Shown here one piece after another: positions 8,822 through 15,876 of a DNA stretch of 64,000 nucleotides; positions within the stretch are counted from its first letter, which is position 1, and each line of letters starts with the position of its first letter. Location: assembly GCA_934747805.1 (NCBI GenBank), contig CAKVHC010000005.1, positions 668 through 64,667 of the forward strand, given 5' to 3'. The stretch is from an uncultured Clostridia bacterium. Its GTDB lineage: Bacteria; Bacillota; Clostridia; Christensenellales; UBA1242. The notes under the pieces were generated by a model. That model was not told where the DNA came from. It ran no database searches and worked only from the letters and a program-made list of their open reading frames with translations. The translations under genes and the position numbers were made by a program.

Positions 8822-9693
8822 TGACAGTATGCAATAATTGCCCACGAAGGTGTAATGTCGACCGCAGAAAAGCGGTCGGCTTTTGTGGTATGCCGGAGAA
8901 GGTTGAAATCGCAAAAGCAGGCCTTTTTAAATGGGAAGAGCCATGCGTGTCGATAGGAGCGGGAAGCGGTGCAATATTTTTCACAGGATGCAATCTGAAA
9001 TGCGTATTCTGTCAGAATTGGGAGTTGTCCAGCAATCATGTTGGCAAGAAAATTGGCATTCAACAACTGGCGAATATTTTTAAGAAACTGGAAGAATCGG
9101 GAGCACAAAATATCAATCTTGTGAGCCCAAGTCATTATTACAAGCAGATCATTGAAGCACTAAAAATCTATCGTCCCAGCATTCCAATTATTTACAACTC
9201 CAATGGTTACGACAGTGTGGAAAGCATTGCCGAATTGAAAGACTACATTGACGTGTTTTTAGTTGATATAAAATACGTTGACGCTAATCTATCTAGCCGA
9301 CTTAGTCACGCATCAGATTATTTTAGCGTGGCGGAAAAAGCCTTGACGCAAATGCTGAAAAATCAACCACGAATTGTTATGCAAAATGGTGCTATCAAAA
9401 AAGGTGTAATTGTTCGACATTTGGTTTTGCCAAATCACACTGACGACAGCATAAAAGTGCTCGAGTATTTGTCCAACTATCGCAGCCAAATTTTGCTCAG
9501 CATTATGAGTCAATACACGCCAGTATATAAAGCAAGCGAACATGCAGACATTAATCGAAAACTAAAACCTATCGAATACAAACACGTCGTTGACAAAGCA
9601 CGTCAATTAGGTTTTGAAAATGGCTACATACAAGACTTTGCTTCTAGCGATTGCCAATTTATTCCTAGTTGGGATTTTGAAGGTGTGGAATAA
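8821..9693 (+). CDS. radical SAM protein, PflX / pyruvate formate-lyase-activase-like
   Basis: CNLKCVFCQN (CX3CX2C) plus an N-terminal Cys cluster CNNCPRRC. TAATG overlap with the upstream gene. Confidence 0.7.
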   Translation: MTVCNNCPRRCNVDRRKAVGFCGMPEKVEIAKAGLFKWEEPCVSIGAGSGAIFFTGCNLKCVFCQNWELSSNHVGKKIGIQQLANIFKKLEESGAQNINLVSPSHYYKQIIEALKIYRPSIPIIYNSNGYDSVESIAELKDYIDVFLVDIKYVDANLSSRLSHASDYFSVAEKALTQMLKNQPRIVMQNGAIKKGVIVRHLVLPNHTDDSIKVLEYLSNYRSQILLSIMSQYTPVYKASEHADINRKLKPIEYKHVVDKARQLGFENGYIQDFASSDCQFIPSWDFEGVE

Positions 9694-9963
9694 AATTAAT
9701 AATATATATTTTTAAATAAATTAATTACGATTTTATTAAATAAATAATTGCGAATATAATTAATGAAAAAATAAAATGTTAAAAAATATTAATAAAAATC
9801 ACAATAATTATTAAATAATTACGCTAAATATTAAATATTTATAAAAATTTTAATTAAAAATCATATTTAATATTTAAATATCAAATAAATTAATTTAATA
9901 AATAAAATTCTAATTTAAATAAAAATAGAAAATAAATTAAATAAAATCAAAAGAGAAAATAAT

Positions 9964-11274
9964 ATGAATATTCAAGAATTGAAAAATAAAAAAGTGGGAT
10001 TTGTTGCACTGGGTTGTGCAAAAAATACAGTCGGCTTGGAAAAGATGATTGCCACCATAAAAAACTTTGGAATGCAGATTGTAAATGATGAACACGAAGC
10101 TAACATTATGGTTATCAATAGCTGTGCATTTTTGGCTAGCACTAGGCAGGAAGGTTTCGACCTAATCAAAGAGTTTTGTACTCTCAAGTCGGGCAACCTA
10201 GAAAAGATAATTTTGACAGGTTGTCTGCCCAACTATCACCTGCAAGATGTGTCAAAAAATTTGGCTGGTGTAGACCTAATCTTGACGCAAGATAGAAATG
10301 CACATATTGTGGAAGAAATTGCCAAACTATATGGCGTGAAATTGACGTGCGAGTATGACGGTTTTTCACGCACACTCACAACGCCTAGCCATTATGCATT
10401 TTTGCGTATTGCTGACGGCTGCGACAATTTCTGTTCTTATTGCACTATTCCATATATCACTGGCAGATATCGCAGCGAGTCGCTTGACAGCCTAGTGCGT
10501 GAAGCAAAATTGCTCGTGGCTAATGGCGCTCGTGAACTTATTTTGGTGGCGCAAGACATTACAACTTATGGAAAAGATTTGTACGGCAAAGTGGAACTAA
10601 AAAATCTCATCAACCAACTATCTGCCATATCCGAGCTCAAACACATTCGTCTGGTCTACTGCTACCCAGAGCATATCACGGACGAGTTGATTGACATCAT
10701 CAAAACCAACGACAAGGTTTGTAAATATATCGACATCCCATTGCAACACATTTCAAACAGTGTTCTAAAGAAAATGAACCGCCAAAACACCAAAGAAAAC
10801 ACTCTCGCACTCATCCAAAAACTACGTAAAGAAATCCCAGACATTCAAATTCGCACTACCTTTATACTCGGCTTCCCACAAGAAACGGAAAAAGATTTCA
10901 ACGAGTTGTGCGAATTCGTCCGCACGCAAAAGTTAAACCAGGTGGGATTCTTTGCTTATTCACAAGAACCAGGAACACCAGCAAGCGCAATGGACGGACA
11001 GGTGAGTGAATCGGTCAAACACGACCGTCTGTCACGCCTTGCCGAAATTCAATACGACGTGGTGGAAGAAAATAACCATGCACAGATAGGCCGTGAATAT
11101 ATCTGTGTTGCCGACGAAATAATTGACGGCAAAACTATTATGCACAGTCAATATCAAATGCCACGTGACGATAGTGCAGTCATTGTAAATCGTCCACTGC
11201 AAATTGGCGGCGAATATATGGTAAAAATCGTTGGTTACGATGGCTATGACTTGTTGGGTGAAATCTCAAAATAA
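9964..11274 (+). CDS. rimO: ribosomal protein S12 methylthiotransferase RimO (MiaB/RimO family radical SAM)
   Basis: N-terminal VALGCAKNTVGLEKM (UPF0004 domain), radical SAM CDNFCSYCTIP, C-terminal TRAM-like segment, 436 aa. Confidence 0.75.
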   Translation: MNIQELKNKKVGFVALGCAKNTVGLEKMIATIKNFGMQIVNDEHEANIMVINSCAFLASTRQEGFDLIKEFCTLKSGNLEKIILTGCLPNYHLQDVSKNLAGVDLILTQDRNAHIVEEIAKLYGVKLTCEYDGFSRTLTTPSHYAFLRIADGCDNFCSYCTIPYITGRYRSESLDSLVREAKLLVANGARELILVAQDITTYGKDLYGKVELKNLINQLSAISELKHIRLVYCYPEHITDELIDIIKTNDKVCKYIDIPLQHISNSVLKKMNRQNTKENTLALIQKLRKEIPDIQIRTTFILGFPQETEKDFNELCEFVRTQKLNQVGFFAYSQEPGTPASAMDGQVSESVKHDRLSRLAEIQYDVVEENNHAQIGREYICVADEIIDGKTIMHSQYQMPRDDSAVIVNRPLQIGGEYMVKIVGYDGYDLLGEISK

Positions 11275-11315
11275 ATCAAAAAAAACACTAAAATAACAAC
11301 AAAAAACACGCATTT
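11273..11315 (+). repeat. direct repeat copy A (5' arm of a terminator, truncated at the loop)
   Basis: AAATCAAAAAAAACACTAAAATAACAACAAAAAACACGCATTT. Matches 12059-12099 except for A-run lengths. Confidence 0.85.
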
Positions 11316-11485
11316 ATATGTAACGTTACTACTTGTTCTCATTTTATCTATAAATGTTGTTTGTCTTCAGTGGAAACATTAGTGTTTGCCGACCTAAATT
11401 ATCAAGCACAAATCTGAGTGTCATTTCAAAAAAATAACTTGTATTTTTTTATTAAAAATGATACACTCAGCTAAAAGAGGCGGAT

Positions 11486-12040
11486 ATGAGACAAAAATTT
11501 ATTGATAAAATATACATGAGAGAGGTTCTTGAAAAAGAATGGTATCTTGAAAAAGATGAGAAATTTAATGGCTACATTGCCTTAAAGTATATAAAGAATA
11601 TTTTAAGGCCTTTAACAGCTTTTAGTAACGGTAAAAAATATGTAGGTCTAGACAAGGGATATTCAATACTTGAATATGTTCCACTAGATAGGAAGTATAA
11701 TTGCAGAATCTTTTTTGACAACCTAAACAGACCTTTATGTTTTTACTTTGATATTAACAATGGCTCAGGTATTGAAAATGATGTTCCTTGGTACGATGAT
11801 TTGTATCTTGACGTAACAATGGAATGTCCTACTATTACTGAAATTGGATATTATGTTCGCCTTGATGATGAAGCAGAATTTAAAATGGCCAAAAAAGAAG
11901 GCAAAATTGACGAAGACACATATAATGCTGGTTACAAAGTTGCTATGGATTTAATGCAAGAGCTTAGAGAACAAAAAAATGATATCGTAAATAGATGTCA
12001 ATTTGACCTGTATAGAATTAAAACTTTATTAAGATTATAA
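11486..12040 (+). CDS. DUF402-like (FomD/Ntdp-type nucleoside di/triphosphatase family) protein, tentative
   Basis: AAGAGG RBS. Pattern ...FYFDINNG...PWYDDLYLDVTM... is reminiscent of DUF402. Recognised by eye only. Confidence 0.45.
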   Translation: MRQKFIDKIYMREVLEKEWYLEKDEKFNGYIALKYIKNILRPLTAFSNGKKYVGLDKGYSILEYVPLDRKYNCRIFFDNLNRPLCFYFDINNGSGIENDVPWYDDLYLDVTMECPTITEIGYYVRLDDEAEFKMAKKEGKIDEDTYNAGYKVAMDLMQELREQKNDIVNRCQFDLYRIKTLLRL

Positions 12041-12058
12041 AAAGAGAAATTGAAAAAC

Positions 12059-12099
12059 AAATCAAAAACACTAAAATAACAACAAAAAAACACGCATTT
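12059..12099 (+). repeat. direct repeat copy B (continues into a complete terminator hairpin)
   Basis: AAATCAAAAACACTAAAATAACAACAAAAAAACACGCATTT followed by TGCGTGTTTTTT. Confidence 0.85.
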
Positions 12100-12112
12100 T
12101 GCGTGTTTTTTC
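12084..12112. terminator. rho-independent terminator (A-run / CACGC-ATTTT-GCGTG / T-run)
   Basis: Seen directly at 12091-12105, with flanking A7 and T7 runs. Confidence 0.65.
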
Positions 12113-12229
12113 TAAACTTTTTAAAGTTTTAACTATTTTTCATCAATTTTAATGATTAAATTAATTATTTTTAATTGTTGAAAATATTTTAATTTTCATT
12201 ATTTAAAGAAGTTTTAAACAACTGAGTTG

Positions 12230-14281
12230 TTATTTAAAGAAGTCAAAATCGTCGTCATCATCATCTGTCGAGTTGCCCAGCACTATGCGGTTTCTTTCGA
12301 CAATATCGTAATAGACGTGTTCTTCGTCAAGTGCAACATTTGGCGTGTAAGGAATTTTTGGTGCGCGAATGTTGTAAATGTCTTTCGCATAGAAGTATGG
12401 GGTGAATGTCGCTTTGACAGGGTCTTTGAAACGATAGTATGAAATGATAAGTTTGTTTTTGGCTGGGTCGTTGGCTGTCGCATTGTTGACAGTTGGAAGC
12501 TCTTGTGCATCGATAAGTGGGATAGATACCGCTTTTTTGCTTTCGCTTGTGCTTTTTTTGTCGCTTCCGCCACCGCTTGATGTGGATTTGTCGGTCATTT
12601 CAATCGTGCGATTACCCAGCTTTTTGCTGAAAGTTTCGTTGGTTTCGTGGTCGTCCGAACCCATGTAAACGGTGATAGGTGTGTTGTTGTAAATGGTTTG
12701 GCTGTCTTCCTTACCATAACGGCTGTCAAGTTGTGAGTATGACTGGATTGCCATTACGTAGAATATGCCACGGCTTCGTGCAACGGAAATGGTTGGTCCA
12801 AAGTCTGGGAATTTAGGCAAGTTTGCGAACTCGTCTAGTAGGAAATAGACGTGACGTTTTAGGCTCGCCATAGTGCCTGGTTTTTGGAAACTGATGGCTT
12901 CTTCAACGAGTTGCTTGTAGATTTGGGTGAAACAGATAGTTGCAATAGGGTCACGAGTGTGAATGTAGTCAGGGATTTTGATAAAGAATGCACTTGGCTT
13001 ACGTGGAATCTCACGGAAATTGATTTCTGTCTTGCTGGTCAGTAGGCAAACGCCCATATCGCTAAACGGAGCCATTTTCTCGCTGACAATTGACATATAT
13101 GATTTCATTGTGCCTTCCGCAGCGGTGAGCACTGGGCTACACAATGCTGCAACTTTACTGAATTTGCTACGTCCGTCAATATACTTTTTCAAGCTGGCAC
13201 GTGGGTCACGTCCGCTCGTATCAATGTGGTTACATATTTTATATAGGTTGTATGGATTGAATTTGTCTTTGGTCATTCCAAGTCGTTCGTCATCGCTGTC
13301 TTCCAGCATGGCGAGTGCAATGCCTAGAATGTATGACCTAGCACCACGTTCCCAACCTGGTTGAGTCTTGTCTTCCACCGTTGCAATCGTGCTGACAAAG
13401 TCGCTCAAATCGTTCTGTGCTTCGTCAATGAGTTCCTTTTTCTTCACCTCCATATCGCTGAACAAAAGTTGCTGATTGATGTAAGCGTGTTTGTTAAATT
13501 CGTACCAACTGGTTTCGTCTTCGTTAAAGTCTTGCGTCTTCACCATTTTGTTGGTGTCTACCTTGTCGCCAGCTTGGTGAACGAATAGCATTTCTTCAAT
13601 GTGTTGCGCCATTTTATATTTGTTGTACGCATTCTCCATTGGGTTCCATTTCATACTGCTGAATGGCTCGGCAAGGTCGAGAATCTTGATGTCGTATCCA
13701 TGCTCTTTCAGGTTTTCATAGTTGTGGTCGAGAATGTCGCCCTTTGGGTCGGAGATGATGAAACTTGGTCGAGCCTTTGTGCGTGACATAATCTGCACGA
13801 ATGGTTCGAGATATTGCGTAGATTTACCACTACCGGTTGTACCAATGATAAGTGTGTGAATAGGGTCAACATAGTTAATGTGGATAGTTTTACCTTTCTT
13901 CTCTGCACGGATGAGAATGCCGTCCTTTGGCATATCTTTCAATGTTTCCATTGTGCAGTGGTTGTGCTTGGTGTCCAACTCTTTGTCGCTCATCCATTTC
14001 TTGTCGTAGTATTGGTCGGTCGTCTTGCCGGATGTGTCTTTACCTTTCCAGCTGCCACCGCCTTTGTCTTTCTTCTTGCTGTCCCATTTCATCAGCAATA
14101 CGACGAATAGGCACAACGCACCAACGAAGAATACCATCATCGTGGTGCTGCTGGCAAGATATGCGGGCGAGAATACGAACGACCCCGCATTGTCCATCAT
14201 GGAGCTGGCAGTGTATGCTATTGCGTATATGCCAATGAGATATAGCACGCCCCAAAATAATTTCTTAAATATCTTCTTCAT
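12230..14281 (-). CDS. virD4: T4SS coupling protein, VirD4/TraG/TraD family
   Basis: Two N-terminal TM helices. Walker A IIGTTGSGKSTQ, DPKGD motif (FIISDPKGDILD), Walker B YFLLDEFANLP. 683 aa with an acidic C-terminal tail (DDDDDDFDFF). Confidence 0.85.
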   Translation of the reverse strand: MKKIFKKLFWGVLYLIGIYAIAYTASSMMDNAGSFVFSPAYLASSTTMMVFFVGALCLFVVLLMKWDSKKKDKGGGSWKGKDTSGKTTDQYYDKKWMSDKELDTKHNHCTMETLKDMPKDGILIRAEKKGKTIHINYVDPIHTLIIGTTGSGKSTQYLEPFVQIMSRTKARPSFIISDPKGDILDHNYENLKEHGYDIKILDLAEPFSSMKWNPMENAYNKYKMAQHIEEMLFVHQAGDKVDTNKMVKTQDFNEDETSWYEFNKHAYINQQLLFSDMEVKKKELIDEAQNDLSDFVSTIATVEDKTQPGWERGARSYILGIALAMLEDSDDERLGMTKDKFNPYNLYKICNHIDTSGRDPRASLKKYIDGRSKFSKVAALCSPVLTAAEGTMKSYMSIVSEKMAPFSDMGVCLLTSKTEINFREIPRKPSAFFIKIPDYIHTRDPIATICFTQIYKQLVEEAISFQKPGTMASLKRHVYFLLDEFANLPKFPDFGPTISVARSRGIFYVMAIQSYSQLDSRYGKEDSQTIYNNTPITVYMGSDDHETNETFSKKLGNRTIEMTDKSTSSGGGSDKKSTSESKKAVSIPLIDAQELPTVNNATANDPAKNKLIISYYRFKDPVKATFTPYFYAKDIYNIRAPKIPYTPNVALDEEHVYYDIVERNRIVLGNSTDDDDDDFDFFK

Positions 14282-14492
14282 ACTAAACCTTTATATTATT
14301 TCAAATTTTACTTATTAGCACACGCATTGTCAAACAATATTTTCTTTAATTTAGGTATTTATTCCTATAATTATGTTCAAAATAGTGTTGCATAGCTTCG
14401 TTTTGCACGGCTCTTTGTGCCCGCAATTATGCTTGATTGCCGTGCTAGCCGCAAATTTTGTATATTTTTTTAAAAAATTGTGTAAAAATCGT

Positions 14493-14522
14493 TTGCAAAA
14501 TTAATTTTGCTTGTGTTACAAT
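14493..14522 (+). promoter_or_regulatory. candidate extended -10 promoter of pilin-like gene 1
   Basis: TTGCAA (14493-14498), 18-nt spacer, TGT-TACAAT (-10 at 14517-14522). Confidence 0.45.
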
Positions 14523-14561
14523 CAAGTCAAGAAACGAAAACGAAAGTATAAGGAGAAAATT

Positions 14562-14924
14562 ATGAATACACTTTTAGTTGGTATTGCTAATAAAATGTTA
14601 AGTGTTGGTACTATGCTTGCCACAGATGAGTCTGGCAAAAATGTTACAGAACAGACTTGGTTCACTACATTAATTGCTAACATTCAAAAATGGATTACAC
14701 CATTGCTAGTTTTGGCTTGTGCGGCAGGTGCTATTTGGGCAATTGTGTTGGGCGTAAAGATGGCTCAGGCAGAGGATAAAGGCAAACGTGACGAAGCTAA
14801 ACAAGCACTTATTAACGTAATTATTGCGTTGGTTGCAGTCATTGCTTTGATCTTGATCTTCACAGTAGTTGGCAATGCGTTGTTGAAGAATCCTATTGTG
14901 TCAACCGCTGCTTCATCAAATTAA
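14562..14924 (+). CDS. VirB2/TrbC-like pilin-like conjugal-transfer-type protein, paralog 1 (120 aa)
   Basis: AAGGAG RBS before ATG 14562. Two hydrophobic helices (PLLVLACAAGAIWAIVLGV and LINVIIALVAVIALILIFTVVG) are joined by the charged loop KMAQAEDKGKRDEAKQA, the classic pilin hairpin topology. Confidence 0.6.
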   Translation: MNTLLVGIANKMLSVGTMLATDESGKNVTEQTWFTTLIANIQKWITPLLVLACAAGAIWAIVLGVKMAQAEDKGKRDEAKQALINVIIALVAVIALILIFTVVGNALLKNPIVSTAASSN

Positions 14925-14936
14925 TAATAAAGAAAA

Positions 14937-14966
14937 CAAAAATGCACTTTTGAGTGCATTTTTTTA
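14937..14966 (+). terminator. rho-independent terminator after pilin-like gene 1
   Basis: AAAAATGCACT-TTTG-AGTGCATTTTTTT. Confidence 0.7.
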
Positions 14967-15057
14967 TGCTATTATGACAATAATTTTAAAATTGTCGAAT
15001 ATTTTGTTGCTTATTAATTTTTTATGTGATAAATTTTAACTAGACGTAGGAGAATAT

Positions 15058-15486
15058 ATGAATTTATTGACTATTATTGCAAACGGAATAATGTCTGGAA
15101 AAGTGAATTTGGGACCAGTGATGCCAGATATTAAAGAAGATGGTGGCAACGGTGGTACAACCGGCGGGACAACTGGCGGTACAGGAGGTGCAAAACCTGA
15201 CTCTAGTGTAATAACTGATCAAGTATGGTTTAGAAATTTGATTAGTGCGATACAAAAATGGATCACGCCATTGCTAGTTTTGGCTTGCGCAGCAGGTGCC
15301 ATTTGGGCAATTGTATTGGGCGTTAAAATGGCTCAAGCAGAAGACAAAGGTAAACGTGACGAAGCTAAACAAGCACTCGTAAATGTAATCATCGCATTGG
15401 TGGCTGTAATTGCTTTGATTTTAATTTTTACAGTAGTTGGCAATGCGTTGTTGAAGAATCCTATTGTGTCAACCGCTGCTGATTAA
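15058..15486 (+). CDS. VirB2/TrbC-like pilin-like protein, paralog 2 (142 aa) with a Gly/Thr-rich insert
   Basis: AGGAG RBS. The C-terminal ~85 aa are nearly identical to paralog 1. The N-terminal part carries GGNGGTTGGTTGGTGGAKPDSS. Confidence 0.6.
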   Translation: MNLLTIIANGIMSGKVNLGPVMPDIKEDGGNGGTTGGTTGGTGGAKPDSSVITDQVWFRNLISAIQKWITPLLVLACAAGAIWAIVLGVKMAQAEDKGKRDEAKQALVNVIIALVAVIALILIFTVVGNALLKNPIVSTAAD

Positions 15487-15491
15487 TAAAT

Positions 15492-15520
15492 AAAAAAATG
15501 CACTTTCGAGTGCATTTTTT
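15492..15520 (+). terminator. rho-independent terminator after pilin-like gene 2
   Basis: AAAAAATGCACT-TTCG-AGTGCATTTTTT, a paralogous copy of the 14937-14966 hairpin. Confidence 0.7.
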
Positions 15521-15876
15521 GTTTGCCTGTTTGGAAGAGTATTTTGCTGGCAGAGTGAGAAATGATTATAAATATAGATTTTAGTTCTAGGCAATATTGC
15601 CGCTTTGCGAGGTGGATTATTTGCAATACGGTTCAAAAGGTATTTTTTAACCCCCAAGATTGCCTAAATTTGTCGTAAAAGTGCGATAAGATAAAACAAA
15701 TTGCTTGCTAAATAATTTTATATTAGATATACTCTAATTAGTATATACACGCCCTAATGACGCTGCTGCAAGTGTGATGTGTGAGCCACAATTTGCCACA
15801 ATCAGTCGCAACTGAAAATATTTCTTTGTCGGCTGGGTATAATTAAAATGATGACGAAAGAACAAAGGAGAATTAT

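Noticed and set aside
9694-9963. The AT-rich spacers (also 39725-40109 and 59860-60180) with recurring short words were considered as CRISPR arrays or tandem repeat arrays.
   Set aside because: They show no regular repeat-spacer periodicity, no repeats of 24 nt or more, and no cas genes. The recurrences are short A/T words expected in near-pure A/T sequence.
11316-12058. The repeat-bracketed DUF402-like block was considered as a bona fide mobile element (IS, MITE or integron cassette).
   Set aside because: It has no transposase or integrase, no terminal inverted repeats and no attC-like structure. It is reported only as an insertion or duplication scar.
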